DNA of 64,000 bases from Spizellomyces punctatus DAOM BR117 (Eukaryota). This document shows, piece after piece, positions 49,580 through 61,596 of the stretch (position 1 is the first letter of the stretch; each line of letters opens with the position of its first letter). A model generated the notes under the pieces. That model was not told where the DNA came from, made no database searches, and worked only from the letters and a program-made list of their open reading frames with translations. Where the stretch lies: assembly GCA_000182565.2 (NCBI GenBank), contig KQ257464.1; one strand, given 5' to 3'. The translations under genes were made by a program, and so were the position numbers.

Positions 49580-52500
49580 ATGGCGCGAAGCCGGTGCTTG
49601 ACGGTCAAGTCGTTGCCGCAAGGCAAAGACCGGGCGGATCTCTTGGATCTGGTGAGATCTGAACAATTCCGAAAGGGTCTTGTGCGCGTTGTATTTGAAG
49701 ACGATGGTAAGAACGCTCTTGGAAGGCACTTGCTCAACGCTGACACAATTCGTAAAAGCTATTCTTTAGAAAGCTAACTCACACTTTGGCACCGTGGTTT
49801 AGGTCGCGTATCGCTGATCTATACGGATGCTGACCTTGCCAATGACGCTCTGAAGGCAATCCATTCGGTGACGGCCATAGATATCGCCCTTAGTCAAGAG
49901 GAACCCGCCATTACCTCTTCGTCTCGCCAGAACACAGAGCCAAACCCGGTCGTGTGGATTGCCCCAGACTCCACTCCCTTGGACAAAGAAGAGCTTCGAA
50001 AGATTTTACAATGCTATCGAGGCCTGGAGCTCTTTGGACTGGTACACGGCGAACCACCGCATACAGGCAAGGGAGGGCCGCATAACCGTGCAAGAACTAC
50101 GCATCAAGCCGAAGTTCCTTATGCTTGCTTCCGGGATGTATTTTGTGCCGAGAATGCGGTGGAGGACCTGTCCAAGCACACCAATCTGGTGAGTGGGTTT
50201 GCCAACAACCCTGGTTCCATTCGAAAGATTCTCGAACGGAAAGAGAATTTGGGCAGAACATCCTCTCGAGTCTCTGTCGATAGGATGACGTGGATCATCG
50301 TGTCGGAGGTGCCTGATGACGTCGCTTTGGGAAGTCTTCGGCGCCATTTTGGTCGCTTGGACGGATTTGTCTTCCTCGGCTTACAGCCAGAAGCACTGTT
50401 CCTTGGATTTCAGACCGTGGCTCAAGCCAGAAAGGCAGCGGATAACCTGATACGGAACACGCGAATGAAAGTTCGCCCAGCGCATAAACGTGACGTTCAG
50501 GCTTTACACATGCCACCAAAATGCGACCCTTCGCAACCGACGGCTGTTTTGATTATCAGATCCCCACCCTGGTTACATCAACGACGGGTTGCGGAGCTTT
50601 TACAGCTGTACGAAGGGTTCCAAGAGCTAAAGCCCGGACAACAGTTTCTCTTGGCGAAGTTTGAGACTGTTGATCAAGCATCACGTGTTCTTAAGGAATT
50701 GGAGGCCACCACCAACCTACAGATTCGCTATTCCAAACCGTCCGAAAGTAACGGCACACAAGGCGCCGATATCCAGGCTTCAGAGGAAAGCGGGGCGATA
50801 GGTGGTTTAGTGGGTACAACAGGCTCTCGTGCACGAAGTAATTCGGTGACCTCAATCTCGTCGGTTACCTCGATCACTTCTAGCGCTCATTCCATTAATG
50901 AAAGAGCTACATTACGAGGATCTTCATCAGTGTATTCAAGACCATCTGCATCCGAACCTTTTCCTTTCGCCTCGGCCATGTTAATCAACGTGTCTGATCT
51001 TGCGACAGTGGATGATAGCTTTCGCCACCTCGTGGGAAAACTCGATGGCTTTGAACGAATGGCGTTTTACGATGAAGGCTGTTATTCCTGGTTCGCTACC
51101 CGTGAGCTAACTGAAAAGGCCGCTAGTCACATCGAAGCGGAAAGGCACATCACACCGATTTTGGTCGAGAAGCGACGTCCTCGCCAGAGAGCACCGCCAA
51201 TTCAGCCACCTCACGCAGAACAGTATGCTGGGTCACTGTTTGTGCGTTGCCCGCCAGGTTTGACCAAAGAAGCACTGCAACTGATATTGGAGCATTACCC
51301 GGGATACGTGGCATGTCGCCATTTGAGGGATGCCATCATAGTGGATTATGAGGACCAGGAAGCTGCTAATAGGGTGATGAAGGATTTACGGGTTCACACC
51401 AACATCAGGGTGGAATATTCAAACAAATCGGCCCAATCGGGTAATCGTTATCTGGTCGATGATCGTACCGAAGCGGCCGGCGTTACATCCGAGGATGAAA
51501 GCCTACCGTCGGAGCTCAAGAACTCGTCAACCCAAGCTCTTGTACCTGGTGGTCGCACTATTTACGTGACCCAGCTAGGTGGCAAGGACAAGGTAATGAC
51601 ATACGATTGTGGCACTGTTGAAAGCCGGTTGTTAACTTCACACTTGCACCTAAGGCGGATATAAAAACGCTTTGTTTGCAGCTGCCTGGATTTCATCGAA
51701 TCCAATTTGGCCAAACCAATTTTCGCGTCGTTTTCAAGGACTCAGAGAGTGCGTCTCAAGCCATGCTGAAAATAAAACGGCTTGTTCGAAGCTGGAGGGC
51801 CAGTTTTGCTCGGAAAGAACCTGAGCAGAAACTTATTGCCGACATTGGTGAGCCATCAAAGGTAACATTTGATCAATGTTCAAGATCATCGTGACATTGT
51901 GCTTAGCGTGTTATTCTAATAGGTTTTATGGACATCCACGCTGTATTGGACGGAGGCCGAGTTGCGTAAATATCTTGAAATGTATCCGGGATTTGATCGC
52001 CTTGACTACGACACGTCTCACAGTTGGATACATTTTGCGGATGTCAGCTCTGCTCGTGCGGCGTTGACAGACATGAACTCCACTACCAACTTGTATTCTG
52101 TGTTCTCGTCGAAGAGGTTTGAACTCGATGAAAGGACATGCCGGCAATTGGGAACAATTCCGCCTGCGAATACTTCAGACGCTATTCCAGTGGCTAAGGT
52201 GTCCGCAGAATCCGACCAACGCGACAGGTCGAATGATCGACATGCGTGGGAATCTGGAGAGGATCGGGCACCTTCTCGAGACGGCAAGAGTCTCAAAACG
52301 TATCAGGACACGGAGCTGCCTTCTCCAAACCATTCTTCGACTGCCCAACCTCCAAGAAACTCAAATCTGACCATCGTCACCTCTGAGGCGCGCTTGGGGT
52401 CGAAAATGTTATTCGCTGGTGAAGACACCAAGAAAGTGGCAAGCAGTCCGGGTGCAGAACATTTCCCCACTAGACGAATCACCGCGAAACCCCGAGAGGT

Positions 52501-53739
52501 CAGTTTGCAACTTGCTCAATAATGGCATAGCAGTTGGTTGTAACACGGGCTTCTCCGGTTTAGATAATATCCAACATAATAATCATTCGAAATAGCTCGA
52601 CGAATGAGAGGGAAGAGCTGGAGACTATTTTTCAAGAATATCCAAATTTTGAGGGTCTTGCCTGTGAACAGAAGGGATCATTCTTAGTCTGGTTTTGCCG
52701 ATTTGCTGACTTGGAGTCGGCAGCGACGGTGTTTCACAGCTATGAAGTGAGTGTGTTGTTTGAGTCTTTGCCTTCAATTTGCAGCTGGCCGACTAATCTT
52801 TGTAATAAACAGTTGCGGGAAAAATTAGGAAAGGGATACGGTGGTGTAAGCTTTCAATACTGTGGGACGGAGAAAGTTCCGCTGGAATGGAAGGATTTCC
52901 TAGTTGAAATCGATGGACCGGATGATGATCAACTTGAAGGAGATACGCAATGGTCCGCCGAACATGCTGAGGATGACTCGTTTGAGGATGTCTCTGGCAG
53001 CCTTGCTGATCCGTGGTCCCTGCCACCGAGTCAACGACAGTCCGATCCAGAGGCTGAAGTTGCGGTGGTGAGCGCTTCCTCAAAGAATTGGGACGCCATT
53101 ACCGATGGGTCTTCAGCCAAGGCCACGTCGCTGACATCTCCATGGGAAGCATCCAAACCATGGTACGAGAGCGTCGATGAAGAGATATATCCGGACCAAG
53201 TATCCCCGGTGTTCCCCAATGAGGAGGTATCCGATCATATCGTATCCACCGACAGTTGGGGCGACCCAACCGCGCCAATCTTTGATGCTGGAGCTCCTGA
53301 ATTTGTACCCGGAAATGCCAACATTTCCTGTCATGAAGTACCGTCCTTCACTGAAGGCAACCCGGTGCACATTTATGCTCCTGCGGAGGTGGAAGGACTT
53401 TACGAATCAGAACCGATTCATGTCCACACTTCAGCATCACTCGCTCGCCCATCCATACCCGAGCACAATACCAAGCATGCCGCACTCCTTTCAGAAAACA
53501 CGGCTCTGCGCAAAAAGCTAAGTAACAGCAACTTCCGTATAAGCCGAGCAGAAAGCGAGTTGCAAAGACTGGAAAAGCTCTTGACGGAGGTTGGAGGCGT
53601 GGAGGAAGTTCTCGAAGAGGATCCGTGGGGTGCTCCAGCCATCGAAGATAGACTAGAAGCCACATTGTTGGAAGAGAAAATAAAAAAGGTTGTAGGATTA
53701 GTGAAAGGTTTAATGAGGAAAATTGAGGTCTCAGAATAG
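49580..53739 (+). CDS. Unassigned protein with nine RRM-like domains, Trp-rich acidic region, PAM2-like motif and C-terminal coiled coil
   Basis: Six exons join in frame; repeated ~65-aa beta-alpha-beta-beta-alpha-beta patterns with (L/Y)xGF after helix 1; PIFDAGAPEFVPG near the C-terminus. Confidence 0.75.
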
Positions 53740-53980
53740 TGAGGTAGGCAAATCTGGACAGAAAAGTGTATGTCTAGAGTGGGTAGGATAGTTTTACTAT
53801 TGAATCTTTTTTGGAGTTTTAATACCACAATGATAGCCCATTGAGGGATCTGAAGCGAAGAACTGTCTAAAACCTTGACGAAATATCAATCTCTGCCGCA
53901 GCAGGAAAATCGTTTGTGCTTGCGATGTGCAATGAGGATAATGACAATAATCTATTGAATTTCCGGCCAAGACTCCCATC

Positions 53981-54825
53981 TCAAATGGTCTTTCGTTCTT
54001 CATCCAACGCCTTTTGCTGGTCGGTACGAGTCACTACAGGTTTAACTTCCCCGCCGGTAGCAGCTGATGCTTTGTTTGCTGCTTCGCCAAACAAATTTAC
54101 GACCAAGTCTCTCGCACTGGCAAATGCACTTGACATTTGTGGAAACACGTCGAGGAATGTAGGTCCTTCCGAACGGCCAGTCGTACTTTTGTATGCTGCT
54201 GACACGATGTTCCGAGATGTGCCGGGATAGAAGTAGCTGAAGGCAACGAGCGCGAACGTTGCTGGGGTCGCGCTGCGATACAGTAGGCTCCCTGCAAATT
54301 CAATCATTGTGAGCTTTTACCACATCGGCTGCAATATCGACGCATCAAGCAGCTTACGGTTTTTAGCGAGAATGGAACCTGCGAATCCCGAGAGCGTGAC
54401 ATAAATTGCGCCGGGAAGGAATGGCTCGCCGGGGGCGATGTACTTTTTCGTCGTGCCTACAAACAACATGCGTCACGTTGGCCACCCCAAACCTCCTTCC
54501 ACGTTCCCTCTCACCAGTAACTTGTTGCTCTAAATGAATCCACTTGTCTACGACCGATTGTATCTGAGCTCTCGTTGTTGCGAATTGATTGGTAACAGTG
54601 TGCCGAGTCTACGTGGAGTCAAGTGTCAGGTCTTCTTTAAAAGTAACAAGGAATCACGCCGGTTGACGGCCGTCCGTGGGTCCTCACCTGACGAATGGCT
54701 AACTCTAGTTGCGTTGGCTCTTCTACTGGGACAAACTCTTCTTCAGAGTCATCATAGATACTCCGTTTCTACGGTAGCAACTCCAGTTACGGATGGAACA
54801 TACAAACTACGTCCGAGTGTCCCAT
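53981..54825 (-). CDS. MIC26: MICOS subunit Mic26/Mic27 (apolipoprotein O family)
   Basis: Spliced: MGHSD-KRSIYDD...EPTQLELAIRQ-TRH...VDKWIHLEQ...EPFLPGAIYVTLSGFAGSILAKNRSLLYRSATP...YFYPGTSRN, the fungal Mic26-type pattern. Confidence 0.75.
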
Positions 54826-55257
54826 TGCTCGACGCATGCACACGCAAACTGCAAGAAATCGTACCGTTCTTGGGGGCACATATGGCTTGGCGGTTTCACC
54901 TTCCGTATGCACGACCATCATAGTGCCCATGGCTACCGAGAGTATCCCTCCTGAGACTGCAAAGAAAGGGGCGGTTCGTCGCTAAATCGATACGAACAAG
55001 AGGTCAGCAGTTTGCTTACAACATGGTACATGATGGAAAGATAGTACTGTTGGTGTATTCACTTTCGCAGCAGGAATGCTACGCACATTTCTGACAAAGA
55101 TGGATGCTATAGGGCGCATCTTGCTGCTTTGAGAAACCAACGCACTCACGCTAAACGATGATGAATCGTCAACTTTACTGTGCCGCACGTTGCATAGCAA
55201 TAACCAGGTAGAAGCTGTCGATAATGTTTTGGCTTTCCATCTGCCCATGCGATAGCC

Positions 55258-56340
55258 ATGGAAGGCATTGGGCGCATTTATCAACTTGGTCTGCCTCTTT
55301 ACAGCTTGAGAAATACGTTGAGGTCCAAAACATTGCGTTTTCAAAGAGGTTTAAGATATAAGTTCAGCCCGTTCTCCACGCTTAGCCCACCCTCGAACGC
55401 AATCACCATTGGATACAAATATCTTGGCAAGTCAGTGTCCTACTCGGCCGCATTGGAATTGCAGGATCAGTTAGTTGCAAGCCGTACAAGCTATCCCGAC
55501 GTTGGTCCCGATGCGGCGCACAGTGTGAACGTACTATTACTTTTGCAGCATTCACCAACGTACACGGCGGGTAGACGCGTTCGGAACACGGACGCAACTG
55601 AGGGTAGAAGGTTGAGAGCTCTAGGGGCAGAATATTACGAGGTACGTAGTTGAAAGATTGTATTATGCCATTCATTGATCAATTCCCCTCTTTACGTTTA
55701 CAGACACGACGAGGTGGTCAGACGACCTTTCATGGTCCAGGGCAATTAGTTGGATATCCGATCCTAGATCTAAGGCAATTCGGTGTGAGTCTATATCGTC
55801 CAGCCTTGCGGGCACCGTGACCCGTCCTGGAACCAATTCTTTGAACCCTAGCTTGGGGTTCGTAGTTATGTCCAACGATTAGAACGCTTTCTCATTCTGA
55901 CCTGTGAGGAATGGGGTATCGCTGCAAGCACAACCGAGGACACGGGTGTATGGGTGACCGACAGGAAGATTGCTGCACTTGGCATCCAAGTTCGAAAGCA
56001 CATCACCAGTCATGGGTTTGCTTTGAATTGCAACACTGATCTGTCCTGGTATAACCACATCGTGCCTTGCGGTTTGTTGGACAAGGGCGTAACATCCATC
56101 ACAAATGAGATTGCCCTGAAAAACAATGGTAGGATCCCATCAAATCAACTTTGATGTCCTGTACTCGGCACCAGCTGACCTAGAGCAATAATAGGTGAAG
56201 CTGACGTGAGTGTGGAGACAGTTATTCCTCATGCCGTCAAAGCGTTTGGGGATGCCTTCAGTGCTCCTATGTTGCCTTTGAGTCAAGTTTCAAAAACTTT
56301 GGATTGTGAGATAGATGCTTTCTTGGGGAATCAGACCTAA
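55258..56340 (+). CDS. LIP2: Lipoyl(octanoyl) transferase (LipB family), mitochondrial
   Basis: [64 protein letters not shown]. Confidence 0.95.
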
Positions 56341-56692
56341 TTAACCCTTCGTTTGCCTGTGACCCTTTTACCGTTGTTCTGTGGCCTCGTTACCGTCGTC
56401 CTGTGGTACCTACAGAAATTGATCCGTTCTTCCTGCACTATTTGCTTTTCATCGTTCCTCCTCATGGACAATTGCTTGTAAAATAAAATCCGTTAATAAT
56501 TTTTGCAAATAAAAACCATTTTGATGGCAAGAACGCGATGATCGGCTACAGTGGCCGGTCAGCAAATCGGACCAGCGACAGAAAGCCAGGACCAAAAGCT
56601 TATAAAAAAAAACAAAAGAGGAGCTACATGGAAAGGTATAAGTTTAAGCCTTTCCTCTCTTTGCAGTAGCTGTCGGGAGGTTGGAACTTCAC

Positions 56693-58212
56693 ATGGTCAT
56701 GGCCCGTTGGGTGACGCTCATTGTTGTGACTTTCCTTCTCTCGGTGCAGGGATCGCCTGTCCCTAACAAAGCTTCTGCGGCCACCCCTTCACCAGTCGGG
56801 AATTTGACTGGTACTTTTGTCGCAGATCTCCGGCAATGTCAACGACCTCGAGCTAGGAACGCGACCTCAACGAGCCCGACGAGGGTCTCGGATCTTCGGC
56901 CAGACGATATAAAGATTTTTATGACCTTGGGAGACAGTATTGGTGCAGCTTTGTTCTCCAAAGTATGTCTATTGAAGCTGCGACTGGGGATGCAATGGAG
57001 TTACTGATTTGTTCTCCCGTAGGGTTGGGGAAACGGCGCTCCTTCATTGATGGAAAATCGAGGATGGTCGTATGCGTCTGGCGGAGGGCCTAATGTCTCG
57101 AGCCTTGTCAATTTTTTCAAAGTGTTTTCCCCGTCGGTGCGAGGTGAATCAAATGGAAACAATATAATTCGGCCTTGCTATGGACCACTGTGTTTGGACC
57201 CCGAACTTACCTACAAGAAGGACTTTGGTTATAACTTGGCACTGAGTGGAGCGTTGGTCACGAATTTGGCCGCGGAAGTGGAGGTTTTGACTGATATAGT
57301 ACGAACTGATCCCGACGTAAACCTGCAAAACGACTGGAAGGTATGAAAGTATGCGGACGCATGATGTGTCGCTGTTGTCGCTGACCATTGTGCTACCGTA
57401 GTTTTTGACTGTTCTAATCGGTACATGACAATGTGCTTTTGTTTGATATGTATATACAACTAATCAACACAAAGGGGCGAATGATCAGTGCTTGTCGTGC
57501 GCAAACCTACTCCCCACCAGAAAATACGAAGAGGAAATTCGCAAGACAATCGAAACCCTGCGGAAGAACTTCCCTAGAACTGTCCGTATCCGTGCTTTCG
57601 AATTTGTCTCTTTCAAACAGAATATAAATGATTGACCTCTCAACGGCTCTCCACAGATTGTACACTTCTCAACCATATTCAAAGTGAGCGGACTGTATCA
57701 GTATAACCGCGATCGCGAGTATTGTCGAAAACTGCGTGGGTTTGGAGGAATAGTCGAATGTCCTTGCGCGTTCGCGGGTGGAGATACAAGGATCGGCGGC
57801 TACATGCGCTCACTTATGGATAAGGCAGCTGATGCATGGAATGGTAAACTCCATCGCATCGCCAAGGACTATTCCGGGAAATATGAAGATTTTGCTGTTG
57901 TCGTAGATCCAGGATCAGGCGGCATTCCAGTTGTAAGTAACAAAAGCCGAGTTTCATCTACCCCAGTAATTCGTCCTGTCTCTGTTATGCCATGACAATA
58001 ATTTATATTTCACTTCGAAGGACAAATTTGGACAAGACTATATTTCCTCTATCGATTGTTTCCATCCCTCAAGCAAAGCCCATGCGATTTTCGCGCGTGC
58101 ATCGTGGAATAACTTGTTCCTCCCAGCAGAGCAGAAAGCCCGCGCTTTCGAGCTCGACGAATCTATGATGCTTTATTGTCCAACAGAGGAGGATCGGATC
58201 CAGGTGCATTGA
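56693..58212 (+). CDS. Secreted SGNH/GDSL lipase, phospholipase B1-like single domain
   Basis: Signal peptide (RWVTLIVVTFLLSVQG); LRPDDIKIFMTLGDS (Ser), YNLALSGA, DWKFLTVLIGANDQC, ECPC, DCFHPS (Asp/His), WNNL, YCPTEED; TATAAAA at 56601. Confidence 0.88.
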
Positions 58213-59639
58213 TTGTTATCAGAGAGGATAGCTAGATTTAGCGCATGCACGTACAGAAATGTCAACCCTGCGGTAGACGCATATTAGAGCAGGATCGCTT
58301 AGATCTCATAGAGGACTTTATAAGTACTTTTATGACAAACGACCAAGTGGGCGAGGGTGCAGCAGACCGGGCGATATTTATTGGATGGTAAACGTGGAGA
58401 TCTTTGGTCTCGAAATCATCGTGCATGACAAAGCCATCCCATTGTATCAACTCATAAGACCTCAACATCGTAGAGTTAGATCGGCTTAAATACAGATGGG
58501 CATTCCACCACAATGTAGTCTTATCAACAACACCTTGCTAGCGGCATCACCTCCGCTCTGACCATGAGAACAGTCGTCATTCTGGCAACAGAGCCGTAGG
58601 TTTTCTCATACTCTATGCCGTATTTCTGTTCAAAACCACGAACGACAACTGTGGTTTTGAAGTCATCCACAAAAACGACTTCGCTTTTGCCGGCAATCTC
58701 CTGGCTCGCCTGCCCCACTTTCACGCTGCCAACCGCACTCTACGCTACCTCAATGGCAGGCGAACGTTTGGATTGCATTACCCCACCGCTGGCGGATATG
58801 TTTTGTTTTCAACTTGGAAAACGTCTCCTCGGACGAGTTCAGGCGGGCGGACGGTCCAGTCACCGGCTACGTTTTGATCCAATAATCTCCCGGGAGAACA
58901 TCACAATTGTTGGAGGCAAGTTCAGCATGGACAGAATCATCTCGGCAATAGTTTGCGTAGTGCGTAGTGTCGTATCTAGTACACGCCGTCGCCGCAGACG
59001 TCTGCTGTCCTTGTAGCCACCTTTGGTGAGTTGATTGTAGGCAATGGCCGGCATCTTGATTTCTCTAAATATAGTTATCAAACCATTTCCTAGTGTCATC
59101 ATCACTTGGCTATGTTCGATGATAATTATAATAGATAAATGGTCAAATATTTACTAGTAGGCTGTTATGATTCGGGATCCAAAGTTTTGTCTCGGCTCAA
59201 AGTTATGTTCAAGCAAGGATATCAATGTTTTCAGAGCTACATTTACTGACATCCTCGGCATCTTTCAGATGTTGTATCATTGATACCGGACTCTCGACCA
59301 TTGATCCCATCTGCAGATGGGTGCCATTCTAAGATAAATAGTCGATGCCATCAGTGATCACCCCCATATGGTGCCTCATATCTGGATCAAATTCACCGCT
59401 GTTCTAAAGAACAGGTCTGACACCTGATTATCGTGTGACGGGGATTGGCACTGATTTTCCCTCCTCAAGAATAAGAATCGTGATAATCATGAGTTTTAAT
59501 GCCCATAAGCAGTTTCAGCACCGACCGCAGAGATATGCCATTACCCTTGTCATATTATAATACATTATCGATCTATTTCAACAGTATAGTAACAGTACAT
59601 CATAACATACTAACTCCGTCGCTGGCCCAAGGACAAATC

Positions 59640-61335
59640 TCAACTCGCCAATATACGGAAAAAGTACTGGACCTATAATATTCCATGAAAACATCAATTG
59701 ACGTAAGATACCAAACGAATGATGACAGCTTTACCTCAAGAACGCCATCTTCATCCAAATCTGTGCAATGCACAGCATTATGAATCTGATCCATGCCGAA
59801 CTTTGCTCGTAGGGAATTTGGTCGAAGCACGCGGCTAAGCTCTGGATCCATGGGCCCGCAAAATTCGCGAAACTCTGATACAATATTTGGCTTGCCTGTT
59901 ATCTCTCTGTTTTAAAGTCGACGACACCGTGAAGCTCAGTGATAAGAAGCTTGATGGTCAAACAATAGGAATATACGTACAGTGCGATGACGGGACCAGA
60001 TGTCAGTTGGTCCAACATGTGCTGCCGGTTTCCAGAATATCAGAAAAGCACATTGTTGCTCGTGACGTCTCTCTCGGAACTCACATGGTATTCAGATATT
60101 ACTCCTTTATACACCTCTAGAAATTCCTCTGCATTCGGCTTGTCCAGCCGGAATAGCTCCATGTCTGTGACGTTGTATCCTGCTTTCGTAATTTCCATTA
60201 TGATTTGACCCGTGAGCCCTATATTGTAGTCAACATGATAAGGACGGCGCGCTATCCAATGACCGCATAGGTCAACATTAATTGACGAAATACCATCATT
60301 AACTGCATGTGGCCGAATAAGTGCCAGAGTACAATCTTGGAATCTGGCTGTTCTCGCGAGCTGAGAATAAGCCGACTCGTTGAAAATGGCGTCGACGGCC
60401 TGTTTTACACCGTCCGGTGATGACGGTACATAGACTCCATTTTTATGTCCATTCTCTCCATAAAAGGCTCGAAGTGACGACGGTAGCGATTGTTTAGCGT
60501 CTTGTACAAGTTCTGGTCCTGCTTGGGACATGGCCAGTAAGAAACTTGGCTTCCATCCGCGGGCGGATGCCATTGCTAACCTGCCAAATCTCGCAAATCG
60601 GAAATTGCGCGAGGCTTCATTAGCTCCACCGCCAATGCACGCCCGCATTCCATTGATGATAGGATATCGCTGAAAGGATGCGCAATCAGCATGGTCCGTG
60701 GATGGCACCAAAACTAATGATATAGACATACACACCTGTATCCAGGCTTTCCTGACAGCTCGCCTTTAACCATTTCTTCAACTTGTCGTCGAGTAAGTTG
60801 AACCATACGACATCGACAAATTATGAAGTCCTTCTTTAACAGCGTATCCAGTATTTCTCCCACGCGCGATATGGCATGTGGTTTGATAAAGAGCATTGTT
60901 CTACCGAGTCATCAAATATGTGCACATAATATTGAATATATGACTACTAGTGCTCGTGTGCATGTATGCGGACGGAAAGTACCTTTCCATCCGCTGCTCC
61001 AACTGAGCTCTAGTGAACTCATCCCCGTATCCTCGGACAACCAGCTGCCGGGCATTCACAACGACAACAGCCCCGATGTACAAATTTTGCAATTTAGCGT
61101 CAACTCTCGTACGGCTGAGAAATGTACGTCGTTGTTTGACATCGTACTGTGAGACAACAGCGTCAGACCAAGATGACTTCAGGCATCGTCACCAGGATCA
61201 AAACACCACCATTTCTGCCGTCTGATCTCCTGGGTAGAAAAACAGCTGGTACGACCGGGTAATATCTGCATGCACATCGTGCCAGTCTACTACAAAGCAG
61301 TAGCGGTTATTGCTTTCTTCTGCTGTTGCGGCCAT
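59640..61335 (-). CDS. NME7: Nucleoside diphosphate kinase 7 (DM10 + two NDK domains; ciliary/centrosomal)
   Basis: DM10 (YQLFFYPGDQTAEMYDVKQRRTFL...LYIGAVVVVNARQL...YGDEFT); NDK-A (TMLFIKPHA); NDK-B (CTLALIRPHAV, EEFLEVYKGV, FREFCGPMDP, NAVHCTDLDEDGVLEVQYFF). Confidence 0.95.
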
Positions 61336-61404
61336 CTTGCTGTTAGAGCAAACGAGGAATTGCATCGGGTCGGAGTCGAGTTTATGGTACCGCGAATTCT
61401 TTTT

Positions 61405-61413
61405 GTCACGTGA
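61405..61413. promoter_or_regulatory. E-box GTCACGTGA (Cbf1/USF-type) in the NME7/PUS7 divergent promoter
   Basis: Exact motif in a 261-bp intergenic region. Confidence 0.35.
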
Positions 61414-61596
61414 TTGCATCTTGTAAATTGCTTGCTTTCGAGAGCTTATTGCTCTGCTTTCGGTGGGTTTGGGGTGCGCATGTGGCTATCAATCTCCAGT
61501 CGAATTGGTTCAGTTCGCCCAGTCCGTTGTATTATAGTTTCTGCTCTCTGCGGCTTGATACCTCGCGTAGCCAGAATCAGTGCGGCTCGATACAAA

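Noticed and set aside
8420-60293. Stop-free introns of 3n length (8420-8485, 22369-22425, 28885-28953, 35310-35375, 41504-41566, 52747-52812, 60219-60293)
   Set aside because: With over 100 short introns, roughly one in eight is expected to be 3n and stop-free by chance; no enrichment.
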